From sequence record PV158447.1: a stretch of 40,000 nt of DNA, one strand, 5' to 3'. Positions 26,587-35,859 of this stretch are shown here, in pieces. The stretch is from Aeromonas phage AhC3_1. The position numbers and the translations under genes are program-made. The notes beneath the pieces are model-generated. The model did not search any database. It worked only from the letters and a program-made list of their open reading frames with translations, and was not told the origin of the DNA. Within the stretch, counting starts at the first letter, position 1. Every line of letters begins with the position of its first letter.

Positions 26587-28566
26587 ATGATCTCTGACGA
26601 CAAAGCTCCTGATTTCGACGCACCTCTCGGTCAACCGAAGTCCGGTGAAACACAGCTCACCGATTTCAACAACTCTTTCGAACAACCCACCCAACCCATC
26701 AATAAAGGAAACGAAAACATGTCTGGTATCAATTCCCTGGTTTCTCTGCTGTCCCAAGTCAACCTGTCCGCTTCCCACAACACCGTTCCGGAAATGGACG
26801 AAATCGCCAAAGCGATCAAAGAACGTGTCAAGGTTCTGAAGTCCAACACTGCGGCCGAAGCCCAGAAAGCTGCCCTGCCTGCCGACATCCAGATCCTGAC
26901 CAACAACATCAGCCCTAGCCTGCCTGGTTTCGCGATGTACACCATCTTCGGGGCCGAGTGCTACGTTATGCCGGTTCTGTTCTACAAGGCCGGGATCACC
27001 GACGTGACCGACACCGTCCAGTTCCACAACGAAGCGCCGCGCGGTTTCGCGAAGGTTCCGTCTTCCTTCATGACCGGTGATCTGAGCACCAAGGTCAAGC
27101 AGAACTTCACCACCATCGGTGGTAAACAGATGCAAACCGTTTCGATCGTCAACCCGCGTGTGGTCAACCTGGAGCGTTACCTGAAGGCCGGTCTGCACGG
27201 CGAAGATCTGGTCCGTGTTGTTGCGGCTGGTCTGCTGGAAGACTTCGTGACTGGTCTGATGTCCCTGGGTTCTCTGCTCCAAGTCAAAGCCGTCGGCAAC
27301 CTGGAAAGTCCGTTCGGTACCCGCAAGCTGTATGGCGAGCACGGTGCCGCGATGGCGCGTGTTGAAACTGCGACAGGTGTGGATGCAACTGGCCTGGCGA
27401 CCCCGTACAACCTGACTGTCAAACTGGCTACCACCGGTAAGAACGGTCAACAGTACAACAACAACCAGATCTCCAAGACCATCATCACCACTCCGCTGAA
27501 CGTCCAGCTGGAAGCAATGAGTCGCGAACAGTTCGCTCAAGCTCGTATGGCACGTCCTGGTCAATCTGGTGTTGGTCCGCTGGTCCCGATCGTGTCCGTC
27601 GGTCACTCCATTCCTGGTGAAACCCTGGGTAACAACTGTTCCCCGCTGAGCATCATCCTGGGTCTGTATGCCGCTCTGGCTGCCAACGCCGCCCCTGCCC
27701 TGGCAGAAGCTTACCGTAACAAGGAAGTGGGTAGCCGTGGTAACCTGAGCAACTTCAACTCCATGATGGTCCAGTATCTGGGTCCGCAAGCGTACGACGC
27801 TAATTGCATGTTGACCGACAAGAACCTGTCCAACATCGAACTGGTAAACAACTGGATCCGCAACTACGTCTCCACCACCCCGGTGTACGTAGTTGACGCA
27901 CCGGCTTACCTGGACAATGCCTCTACCTCCGAGTTCTATTTCGGCCTGGCTGAGAAAGGTTCCGACTCCGTCTACTACAAGACCGCTATGATCGCTGCCA
28001 ACCTGCTGAGCAACGGCAAGTTCATGGAGCTGGCCACTGCTAACAAGGCTGACAACTCCCGTGACAAGTCCAAGCAGTGGGCTCCTGGCGACGCGATCCT
28101 GTTGCAAACCGGTACCCTGCGCCCGCGCGGTATTGCGACCAACCCGAAAACCTCCAAGGCTTTCGACCTGGGTGAAATCGACGGGATGTTCCTGCGTCAG
28201 AAAGAGTACTTCGGCGAGAACGAAATCGCTGTCGCTGAATATCAAGGCCTGGTACAGGGTTCCACCCACATCCAGGATGCACGTCAGCGTCAGTTCCACA
28301 TCACCTCTCGTCTGATGGCGATGACCAACAACACCGCGATCATCGAAGGTTGGGATATGCGTTTCATCGTGTCCCCTGCTTTCGCGAACACCCTGCGTGA
28401 TGCGATGGTCAATGCCGGTACCCTGACTGTATCCGCGAACAACTACGGTGGTCAGTACGTCGCTTCTATCGAGAACACCCTGCTGTCCAACATGATGACT
28501 GCTGGGATCCAAGCCGCTGGTGCCAACGCCAGTTACGGTGGTTCCCCGATGTTCACCATGTTTTAA
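26587..28566 (+). CDS. chmA: putative major phage-nucleus shell protein (chimallin/ChmA-like), 659 aa
   Basis: Size is near the roughly 630 aa of known chimallins; markedly GC-rich, host-optimised codons; immediately upstream of the nvRNAP beta-prime subunit and downstream of phuZ and PolB, matching phiKZ order (gp39, gp44, gp54, gp55). No short diagnostic motif; assignment rests on synteny and size. Confidence 0.6.
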   Translation: MISDDKAPDFDAPLGQPKSGETQLTDFNNSFEQPTQPINKGNENMSGINSLVSLLSQVNLSASHNTVPEMDEIAKAIKERVKVLKSNTAAEAQKAALPADIQILTNNISPSLPGFAMYTIFGAECYVMPVLFYKAGITDVTDTVQFHNEAPRGFAKVPSSFMTGDLSTKVKQNFTTIGGKQMQTVSIVNPRVVNLERYLKAGLHGEDLVRVVAAGLLEDFVTGLMSLGSLLQVKAVGNLESPFGTRKLYGEHGAAMARVETATGVDATGLATPYNLTVKLATTGKNGQQYNNNQISKTIITTPLNVQLEAMSREQFAQARMARPGQSGVGPLVPIVSVGHSIPGETLGNNCSPLSIILGLYAALAANAAPALAEAYRNKEVGSRGNLSNFNSMMVQYLGPQAYDANCMLTDKNLSNIELVNNWIRNYVSTTPVYVVDAPAYLDNASTSEFYFGLAEKGSDSVYYKTAMIAANLLSNGKFMELATANKADNSRDKSKQWAPGDAILLQTGTLRPRGIATNPKTSKAFDLGEIDGMFLRQKEYFGENEIAVAEYQGLVQGSTHIQDARQRQFHITSRLMAMTNNTAIIEGWDMRFIVSPAFANTLRDAMVNAGTLTVSANNYGGQYVASIENTLLSNMMTAGIQAAGANASYGGSPMFTMF

Positions 28567-28590
28567 TAACGTTTAACAGACGTTAACTTT

Positions 28591-28626
28591 ACTAAGAGGG
28601 GAGGGGTCATCCCTTCTCCTCTTAGT
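28591..28626 (+). terminator. terminator hairpin after putative chmA
   Basis: ACTAAGAGG...CCTCTTAGT with GAGGG/CCCTT inner pairing, followed by TTTCTTTTTGTTT. Confidence 0.8.
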
Positions 28627-28655
28627 TTTCTTTTTGTTTATTTTCTTTTTGTTGT

Positions 28656-28688
28656 TCTATAAAAATTAAAACAGATATTATTAAAGCG
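28656..28688 (+). promoter_or_regulatory. conserved 33-nt intergenic element, copy 6
   Basis: TCTATAAAAATTAAAACAGATATTATTAAAGCG. Confidence 0.65.
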
Positions 28689-28722
28689 ACCCTAGTAGAA
28701 ATAAAATAACGAGGAGAAAGTA

Positions 28723-30312
28723 GTGAGTACAATGGCTAGTATTCTATCTCAATTTCAAACACATCACCTGCTCCCGCAGACACTGTTTGATGAGATGATC
28801 GAACACAGTGGATATGTCCCAGAGCAAGATGACGAATCTCTCTACAGTCCACTCTACCCAACGTTCCCTGACTACGACTATCGCTACGCTACCAGTGTAG
28901 CAACACCCATCCACCTTAACGATTTCGATTTTAACAAGGAAGAGGATCGGGAAGCTATTGTTGAACTGCTTCGAACTGAGTACGGCGATAACAACTTCGA
29001 AACAGTGGCTTCTTGTACCTGTAAACATTACCGCAGTAACATCTATATCGGAATGAACATCACGTGCGAACGTTGTGGTTCAGAAGTGACTCGTCCTTTG
29101 ACGGACAAGATAGAAACTAAAGTGTGGTTGAAAACACCCCCTAAAGTTTCTGGTTTCCTGAATCCTGCGATCGCCCACGTGTTCTTTGATAAGCTGAATA
29201 CCAAGACCCCCAAAGTCAACTTGGTGGAATATTGGATCAATCCACAATTCCGAAATGAGAAACGTTTCAGGGATATGGGGAATCCGGCTTATCGTGTTGC
29301 TGCTAAACTGGACGCTTTCCGGGAACGTCTAGGAATAGAGTTCGGATATAACCAGTTCATTGAGAACATCGATGATATTATCCGATCTGCAATTGAACTG
29401 GACACTTCCGGTGTACTGGATCTTTCAGAAACTAACCGTGTGCGTTACGCGGAATTCTGGAAGAAGTACAAAAAGGTTGCTGTGAGCCAAGTACTCCCAG
29501 TGCCTAACAAAATCACCTCTGTGGTGGAAAACGATCAACGAGATCGTTATGTTAGCAAAGAGAAGACAGACCTGGATAAGTTCTTCTTCACCATTGCCGA
29601 CATGTACGACGCCTACGATCCCCGGTCAGAAGAAAACCATGAAGTCATGGGGAAGAACTATACCAAGCTCCGAAACGTGATGTACAAAATCATGGAATCT
29701 ATTCTCTTCAAGAAGAAGGGAATGTTCCGATATCATGCTGGCGCTGGGAAACTTCCTCTGACCGGTCGTTCTATCATCACGGGGGAATCGGGTGTCTGTC
29801 GTTCTGACACGATCGTCGTACCTTGGTTGTACGGTATTACCATCCTGGATAAACATCTGACCAACTGGCTTTATCGCCGTGGTTACGGGCCATTACAAGT
29901 GAAGGAGATTATTCGTTCTGCTGCCAATTATCGACATCCGTTGGTAGAAGAGTTTTATGACTGGATAGAGAAGAATCGATATGCGGTAGCGATTGCTGGA
30001 CGTAACCCGAGTATTCAATATCTGTCAGCTCGGGCGTTCTTTGTTACATTCAACCGTGACATCGAAGATAAGTCCCTGCGTATACCGATTACATCTGTGA
30101 AAGAATTCAATGCGGACTTTGATGGGGACCAGATGTATTTGATTATGATGTATGACATGTTTAACAAAATTCAAGCTTATAGTGCTTTTGGGCACCAGCA
30201 AATGTTGGACCCCAATAAACTGTTTGAAGTGAGTCGCTTCTCTAGCTCAACCAAAACAGCTTTGTTGAACTACAACGCTCTATTGTTGGATGAACCGATA
30301 GCAGAGGAGTGA
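28723..30312 (+). CDS. multisubunit RNA polymerase beta-prime-like subunit, N-terminal portion (529 aa; GTG start)
   Basis: Catalytic motif NADFDGD at 30109-30129; Zn-ribbon-like CTCKHY...CERCGS at 29013-29076; GAGGAG RBS before GTG. Confidence 0.93.
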   Translation: MSTMASILSQFQTHHLLPQTLFDEMIEHSGYVPEQDDESLYSPLYPTFPDYDYRYATSVATPIHLNDFDFNKEEDREAIVELLRTEYGDNNFETVASCTCKHYRSNIYIGMNITCERCGSEVTRPLTDKIETKVWLKTPPKVSGFLNPAIAHVFFDKLNTKTPKVNLVEYWINPQFRNEKRFRDMGNPAYRVAAKLDAFRERLGIEFGYNQFIENIDDIIRSAIELDTSGVLDLSETNRVRYAEFWKKYKKVAVSQVLPVPNKITSVVENDQRDRYVSKEKTDLDKFFFTIADMYDAYDPRSEENHEVMGKNYTKLRNVMYKIMESILFKKKGMFRYHAGAGKLPLTGRSIITGESGVCRSDTIVVPWLYGITILDKHLTNWLYRRGYGPLQVKEIIRSAANYRHPLVEEFYDWIEKNRYAVAIAGRNPSIQYLSARAFFVTFNRDIEDKSLRIPITSVKEFNADFDGDQMYLIMMYDMFNKIQAYSAFGHQQMLDPNKLFEVSRFSSSTKTALLNYNALLLDEPIAEE

Positions 30313-30317
30313 GCTTA

Positions 30318-30977
30318 ATGAATGCAACGAGTGCGTTTTCCAGAGGAGTGGGTGGTTCTTTATCAGCCGGTGCTGCACAAGCATTTGGTGACTATATGGG
30401 GAACATCTACAACAAGTTTCAAAACCTGACTGGTTGGTTGGGTGAGACCCTGGAAGGAGTGAAACGAGAACACCAGAACTTTATGGACTCTCGTATGTGG
30501 GAGTTCAGTAAACGGATGGGGGACGATGGTAAGTTTGTTGGTCGTTTCGATATCGGTTATTTGAGCGAAGCACGATACCAACAACAAGCCCAAGGATTTA
30601 TGCGGAACTACATCATGGCTAATCCAATGATGATGGCACTGTATCAATCCGGTCATGCGAGCGGTTACGATGGAGATATCAGTCAGCTCTGTGCTGGTAT
30701 GGGTCGTGAAAACTACTACTACAACAAAGCCGTTGATGGAATGATGATGGTCAGTGAAGATGGGGAACTCACCAGAACCGACTATCACACTTCCCGGGAT
30801 GGTCGAACCGCGCTGAGTGTTCGAGAACGGGTTGATATCCACCGTACCTGGAATGCGACCAATCGCCACATTGCAGCTAACCTGTTTGATCCCTCTAACA
30901 CTTCTGGTGGGAATTTCCTCACTGACGAAGAAGTGGAGGAACGTCGTAAAGAAGCAGAAAGTAAGAAAGAAGACTAA
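30318..30977 (+). CDS. hypothetical protein (219 aa)
   Basis: ATG 30318 with GAGGAG RBS; ORF track extends to a GTG at 30309. Confidence 0.82.
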   Translation: MNATSAFSRGVGGSLSAGAAQAFGDYMGNIYNKFQNLTGWLGETLEGVKREHQNFMDSRMWEFSKRMGDDGKFVGRFDIGYLSEARYQQQAQGFMRNYIMANPMMMALYQSGHASGYDGDISQLCAGMGRENYYYNKAVDGMMMVSEDGELTRTDYHTSRDGRTALSVRERVDIHRTWNATNRHIAANLFDPSNTSGGNFLTDEEVEERRKEAESKKED

Positions 30978-30982
30978 GAGCT

Positions 30983-31008
30983 CGGAACCATCCTTCGGGG
31001 TGGTTCCG
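30983..31008 (+). terminator. terminator hairpin
   Basis: CGGAACCATCC-TTCG-GGGTGGTTCCG followed by TTTACTCTT. Confidence 0.82.
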
Positions 31009-31055
31009 TTTACTCTTACTCAGAATCAATTTTTTGTAACTAAAGGAGTACTGTA

Positions 31056-31388
31056 ATGGAAAACAAACTGATTCACTCTGATGACATTAATACTGTTATT
31101 CGTGTTGGTGTCAATGCTTATCGTGTTTTTCGTAGCGATAAGGAAGGAAAGGAACTAACAGTTATTCGATTCCAAGACGGAAATCCCAAAACGAACGGGA
31201 TAAATGGCTTGAGTATGGAAGCTAACTTGGCGGTTATGATCAGCCGGTTAGAGACACTCAACCAAGGTCAGTTTAAATCGATTAATAACGATTTGGCTTT
31301 GGGTGGTATGAAAGCTGCACTAGCAGCATTGGAAGATCGTATCTATGAACGTAAACAACGAAACGTTCATAACACATTAAAAGGATAA
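31056..31388 (+). CDS. hypothetical protein (110 aa)
   Basis: ORF with AAGGAG RBS. Confidence 0.82.
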   Translation: MENKLIHSDDINTVIRVGVNAYRVFRSDKEGKELTVIRFQDGNPKTNGINGLSMEANLAVMISRLETLNQGQFKSINNDLALGGMKAALAALEDRIYERKQRNVHNTLKG

Positions 31389-31391
31389 AGT

Positions 31392-31886
31392 ATGTACGGT
31401 AAGGGATATTCACAACTGACGCTTTCGATCTCAAGTGCAGCGAAGATCTGTAAAGCATTGAGGGAAGGATTAGAAGACTTCTCTAAAGAAGAAATGACTG
31501 AAGGGAACGACGTCAGCTTAAACATCGCTTCTAACGAGCTACACGCCACTCTGATGTACGACAAACGTGATCCCGATATAGACCCAGGTGTTAACCGAGA
31601 AAGTTACCAGGGGACGATCACAGACGTTACTAAACTGGGTAATCCAAACGGGGAATATTACGCCCTGGTTCTGGAAGTCGATAGTCCTGGTGTACAAAAG
31701 CGGTTCAAAGAACTTCAGGAACTTGGATTCGAACACAGTTGGCCTGATTTGAGAGTCCATATTTCTTTGAACTACGGATCCGCAACAGAGACTACTTATT
31801 CAGTAGTTAAGCGTATTTTTGAACAAGGCAAGTTCCCAGGTGAAATCACCCTTGTTGACGAATGTTGGAATAAGTGTAAAAACTAA
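31392..31886 (+). CDS. 2H phosphoesterase family protein, Acb1-like (anti-CBASS candidate), 164 aa
   Basis: Two HxT/S motifs in frame: ELHATLMYD (His codon 31542) and RVHISLNYG (His codon 31758); YYALVLEVDSPGVQKRFKELQELG between them; FPGEITLVDECW near the C-terminus. Confidence 0.72.
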   Translation: MYGKGYSQLTLSISSAAKICKALREGLEDFSKEEMTEGNDVSLNIASNELHATLMYDKRDPDIDPGVNRESYQGTITDVTKLGNPNGEYYALVLEVDSPGVQKRFKELQELGFEHSWPDLRVHISLNYGSATETTYSVVKRIFEQGKFPGEITLVDECWNKCKN

Positions 31887-31898
31887 ATACATTTAAGA

Positions 31899-31931
31899 TC
31901 CATAATTTTTCAGACCTATATTACTAAAGTG
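31899..31931 (+). promoter_or_regulatory. conserved 33-nt intergenic element, copy 7
   Basis: TCCATAATTTTTCAGACCTATATTACTAAAGTG. Confidence 0.75.
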
Positions 31932-31974
31932 TATAAGCTATAAGCATTTAACACTTATTTAGGGAGAAAGATTT

Positions 31975-32463
31975 ATGTGTGATACCAACAAAAATCCGGC
32001 AGACATTTTCTTTGTAAATTTGGCCGCCATCACTGGCGCTGGTTCCTTGGTTAAGTTGAACCTGACCAACGACCTGGAAATGGAACGACGGTTCGATTTG
32101 GTAGAGCGTCGAAACCGTAAACTGGATACCTACGCCGCTGCCGTAATGGTGTATTTCCACGACGTCCTTGGGTCGAAAGGATTCGATAAATCTCATCCCG
32201 ATAAAGAGCGCACTCTCATCGGTATCGCAGATGTTCTGACAACAGCCTGGGTGCTCTTTGACTCAGGCCGAATTTTACCCGGCGATGACGTTCCTTACAA
32301 GAGTATTGAATCTCTTTCAAAGTGGCTGGACTCTAAGTTGAAAGAAGTCTTTTCTTTTGGCCTGGATACTGCCCTTCGTCCTACCGCAGAATCGTTGAAG
32401 TACATTCTGAAAGATTTTGAACGTATCAGTAACGTTTCTGATGTTATCTCCGGTCACAATTAA
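31975..32463 (+). CDS. hypothetical protein (162 aa)
   Basis: ORF with GGGAG RBS. Confidence 0.83.
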   Translation: MCDTNKNPADIFFVNLAAITGAGSLVKLNLTNDLEMERRFDLVERRNRKLDTYAAAVMVYFHDVLGSKGFDKSHPDKERTLIGIADVLTTAWVLFDSGRILPGDDVPYKSIESLSKWLDSKLKEVFSFGLDTALRPTAESLKYILKDFERISNVSDVISGHN

Positions 32464-32475
32464 TAAGGATAACCA

Positions 32476-32595
32476 ATGTCTATTTCCGTAGCATTTTTCG
32501 GCTCTATGGCTGTGTTGGCAATCGGTACTGTTGTCGTGCATTTCTGTAAAGACATGTTCGGTAACCGACCCATGGCTACTCGCAACAAACGTTAA
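32476..32595 (+). CDS. 39-aa single-span membrane microprotein
   Basis: ATG after AAGGATAACCA; translation MSISVAFFGSMAVLAIGTVVVHFCKDMFGNRPMATRNKR; directly before a terminator. Confidence 0.6.
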   Translation: MSISVAFFGSMAVLAIGTVVVHFCKDMFGNRPMATRNKR

Positions 32596-32600
32596 ACTTC

Positions 32601-32626
32601 AACCCTCTACCTTCGGGTAGAGGGTT
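32601..32626 (+). terminator. terminator hairpin
   Basis: AACCCTCTACC-TTCG-GGTAGAGGGTT followed by TCTTATTCTCATTTATTTTTTTTT. Confidence 0.9.
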
Positions 32627-32667
32627 TCTTATTCTCATTTATTTTTTTTTATTCCCAGGAGGAAAGC

Positions 32668-33063
32668 ATGGCGGGGATTGTAGGAACAATGAGCACACTA
32701 GGTTGGGTCGATGAACCTACCGTTATGATCGACAAACTGTTTTCTTATTGGATAGCCAATCGTCGAGATCAATGTATCATCTTGACTAACATTCAAAGTT
32801 TTGATTTTGTCATTGGTTCTCATCAAGGTGACACTGTTATTGATAAGTTCTTGGATGATGCAGAAGAGAGTTTCAGAAGTATGCTCTTGGAATGTTTCGA
32901 CAATGTTCAAGTTTCTGTTATGTCACCAGACCACGAACAGGCTAAGAAGAATTTCACCTTGGCTATTTCTGGAACGGTGCATAAAGACGGTATTGGGTAT
33001 GATCTGGCAAGATCTGTCATATTGAACGGTAAAACGTTCGAACTTATTCAACAAGGAGAATAA
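32668..33063 (+). CDS. hypothetical protein (131 aa)
   Basis: ORF with AGGAGG RBS. Confidence 0.85.
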   Translation: MAGIVGTMSTLGWVDEPTVMIDKLFSYWIANRRDQCIILTNIQSFDFVIGSHQGDTVIDKFLDDAEESFRSMLLECFDNVQVSVMSPDHEQAKKNFTLAISGTVHKDGIGYDLARSVILNGKTFELIQQGE

Positions 33064-33065
33064 AG

Positions 33066-33893
33066 ATGTCCAATGATATCGTAAGAGAATTTCAAGAAGG
33101 TGGTAACGATCCTGACCAACACGGGAAGTTTATTGATTTCGTAACTGGTGCGTTTAAATACGTCAAGATCGGGGACCATGAGATCATTCAAACCCCTGAT
33201 GGTGCGCTTGTCGAACACGTGTTAATGGAAGAAGCGTATTTTGTCGAAAATTGGTTGACCCAGTTTGCTATTGCACGGGTAAATGGTAAAAACTATTTTG
33301 ACCTGGCTGGTTGGTCTGAACTCACCGAAGGGTTTACTAAAGGGGTGATCATTCTTAATGAAAATAAAGAGCTGGTCTTTATCATTCGTAAATTCACCGA
33401 CATGTCCCTGAACTACCACGCCAAGGATTACATGAATCGCGCTTGTCGGGCTGGAACACAAGCTCACTCAGTTCCAGATGAACAATCCCGCGACGAGATC
33501 ATCACTAAGCTGAGCACTAACGTTAAGGGTCTCCTTAAAGACCACGTTAACGACGACACTTCCATTACAGCAATGATTCCCAAACAGTATTACATTGATA
33601 AAGGAATCTCGGTTGATACTCTCCAACAATTGATCTACATCCGTGATAACTTTGAATATGCTGGCAGTCCGATTGATCCTGAAGGTGATATCATGAAACG
33701 TCTGGAGAAGGTTCTCCGGAAATGGAACACCGAGTATATCGTCGAAGAACAGGACAAAAAGTTTGTTATCGAGATCACTCAAGGGACCTTTAATTTTAAC
33801 AAACCCAGTCATTTGGTAGAAGAAGAATCCAAACAACAACCTTCGAAACCTGTTACTCAGGAAGTAGATGACGAATTTGATCCACTCGGCTAA
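33066..33893 (+). CDS. hypothetical protein (275 aa) with acidic C-terminus
   Basis: Long ORF; C-terminus TQEVDDEFDPLG. Confidence 0.86.
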   Translation: MSNDIVREFQEGGNDPDQHGKFIDFVTGAFKYVKIGDHEIIQTPDGALVEHVLMEEAYFVENWLTQFAIARVNGKNYFDLAGWSELTEGFTKGVIILNENKELVFIIRKFTDMSLNYHAKDYMNRACRAGTQAHSVPDEQSRDEIITKLSTNVKGLLKDHVNDDTSITAMIPKQYYIDKGISVDTLQQLIYIRDNFEYAGSPIDPEGDIMKRLEKVLRKWNTEYIVEEQDKKFVIEITQGTFNFNKPSHLVEEESKQQPSKPVTQEVDDEFDPLG

Positions 33894-33923
33894 TTGACTT
33901 AGCGGGTGAAGAAAGGAATAACT

Positions 33924-35060
33924 ATGAAATTGTTCAAAGCGTTGTGGAGTTCAGACCACCATAACCTTCACCCGCACACTCCTACTTCTCACATCCTTGC
34001 CAACATGGACAAGTTTTATTATAAGGACAATGATCCTAAAGAGATCAGTCTTTCTGTCTTTGGTGGGGATTTCTTTCATACACTGGCCTCTGCCAACGAT
34101 CCAGACATGATCGCTTGTCAACGTTGGAGCAAACGTTACAACCAAATTTGTCACGATAACAAAACGTACGCCATTTATCTTGAAGGGACATCTTCCCACG
34201 ATTGGCGTCAACCAGAGCTCTTGGAGTTAACCAAACCCAAAGACTCTCCATACATCATGTATATCGATAAACTCTCTATTAAGTATTTTCCAGAGTTCGA
34301 TATTCACGCCATGTTTGTCCCTGACAACTTCGGTAAGATCACTACTGATTTGATCTATGACATGGCAATTGAGGAACTGGCTAAACATAACTTGACCCAA
34401 GTTGACTTTATCTTCCTGCACGGTGGATTTAAGTTTCAGCTTCCCCCAGTGGCTGATAAGCACGGGAACTTGTACGATGAATACAAGTGGAGTAAGTTAG
34501 CAAAACACGCTATCTTCTCAGGCCATATTCATAAACCAGCTCAAAAACTGAATATCTATTGCTCAGGTTCTTTTGACAGAACAGCTTATGGAGAAATGCA
34601 CGCTAAAGGTGCTTATCGTTTCCAGTTCAATAAAGAACAGTTCTCTGCCCAGTTCTATGAAAACACCAGAGCCCAGATTTATGATTACATGGATGTTGAT
34701 CCAGAGATCACTACTAAAGAGTTGATTAAACGGATTAACAATTACCTCGGGAAGAATCCACCTAAGAACACACACCTCAAAATACGTAATGGTAACGCAG
34801 ATGTGGTTGTTTCAGTGTTGGGTGAGTTTAAAGAGAGTTATCCGCAGTATCACTTCGATTCCGACAATGCAAAGAAAGATAACGTCGTTATCGATGAAAC
34901 ACTTTATGACCCCAAAATGTATAAGGGCGTTCAATTAACCAAAGAGAACTTGGAAGAGAACCTGATTCGTCATATGAGTGCGACAATAGAGGGTAATGAC
35001 GATATCAGTGAAGATCTCTTGAAACAATTACTCTCGGAGGCAATGAATGAGTGCGCTTAG
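33924..35060 (+). CDS. SbcD/Mre11-like calcineurin-family metallophosphoesterase (378 aa)
   Basis: SSDHHNL, GGDFFH, GTSSHD (GNHD position), FLHGG, SGHIHKP in order; AAGGAAT RBS before ATG 33924. Confidence 0.82.
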   Translation: MKLFKALWSSDHHNLHPHTPTSHILANMDKFYYKDNDPKEISLSVFGGDFFHTLASANDPDMIACQRWSKRYNQICHDNKTYAIYLEGTSSHDWRQPELLELTKPKDSPYIMYIDKLSIKYFPEFDIHAMFVPDNFGKITTDLIYDMAIEELAKHNLTQVDFIFLHGGFKFQLPPVADKHGNLYDEYKWSKLAKHAIFSGHIHKPAQKLNIYCSGSFDRTAYGEMHAKGAYRFQFNKEQFSAQFYENTRAQIYDYMDVDPEITTKELIKRINNYLGKNPPKNTHLKIRNGNADVVVSVLGEFKESYPQYHFDSDNAKKDNVVIDETLYDPKMYKGVQLTKENLEENLIRHMSATIEGNDDISEDLLKQLLSEAMNECA

Positions 35061-35859
35061 AACATTAGGGACGGTTCCAATTAGTGTTGGGACCGCACTG
35101 GCCGTAGAGGCTCTTCAGAACACCCCCATGCATCGTTATCAGACTTTCTTGATGAACGTACGCACTCTAGTAAGAAACGCAAGAGAAGCGTTTGAGGAGC
35201 TTCCTAGTGAAGCTGATTTGACCCAGGCTGTCAAGGAAGACATTATTGGGATAATGGAATACATTATCAGTCTGAAACTGAAAACAGTGTTGGATGTCAA
35301 AATCTACTACCCAAGTTATAATTCGTTAGCGAGAACATTTCCACTGGCCAAGTTAAAAGAGATGGATCCCAAGAAACTCTTTAAACCCGCTGACCAGAGG
35401 AGAAAAGAAATTCTCATCTTAGATGATAAGGTGATTAAGAAAACTATCGAAGAGTTTAACAAGTACATCGTACAGGTTGATTGTTCGATTCCGCAGTTTG
35501 GTGGAGAAGGTTTAATTATCACGCACCACCCTGTTGATTTCACAACCACAGAAAGTTACCACAGGCTCCATCTATTAGAGTCACACACTGGCACGATCAA
35601 GCATTACTCATTACTTCACACCAAGTTAACTGGCGGGAAAGAAATGCCCAACATGCCACTTAACAAACTCACCATTCAGATTTTTGGTGACAATGCTGTG
35701 AACTTCTATTCCCAGAGTACAGCGGTGAAAAACGAAGTAAAAGAGTTGGCGGCATCAGTACCTTGGAGTTCTGCTTCTACGGTAAGTTTCGTCACATCCT
35801 CAATCAGAAAACTTCCTGGAACATCCCCAGCGAAACCTATCTTATTGAAGATGATTTAA
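35047..35859 (+). CDS. hypothetical protein (270 aa)
   Basis: Long ORF overlapping the previous stop; GGAGG upstream. Confidence 0.87.
   Translation: MSALRTLGTVPISVGTALAVEALQNTPMHRYQTFLMNVRTLVRNAREAFEELPSEADLTQAVKEDIIGIMEYIISLKLKTVLDVKIYYPSYNSLARTFPLAKLKEMDPKKLFKPADQRRKEILILDDKVIKKTIEEFNKYIVQVDCSIPQFGGEGLIITHHPVDFTTTESYHRLHLLESHTGTIKHYSLLHTKLTGGKEMPNMPLNKLTIQIFGDNAVNFYSQSTAVKNEVKELAASVPWSSASTVSFVTSSIRKLPGTSPAKPILLKMI

Noticed and set aside
26545-28512. 655-aa minus-strand ORF opposite the putative shell gene
   Set aside because: Low-complexity His/Gln/Val/Gly-rich translation typical of the antisense of a GC-rich, codon-optimised gene; the plus-strand ORF has RBS, promoter and terminator.
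26587-28566. Major capsid protein as an alternative identity
   Set aside because: Not fully excludable, but there is no neighbouring capsid/protease/portal context and the order relative to phuZ, PolB and the RNAP subunit fits the shell protein better.
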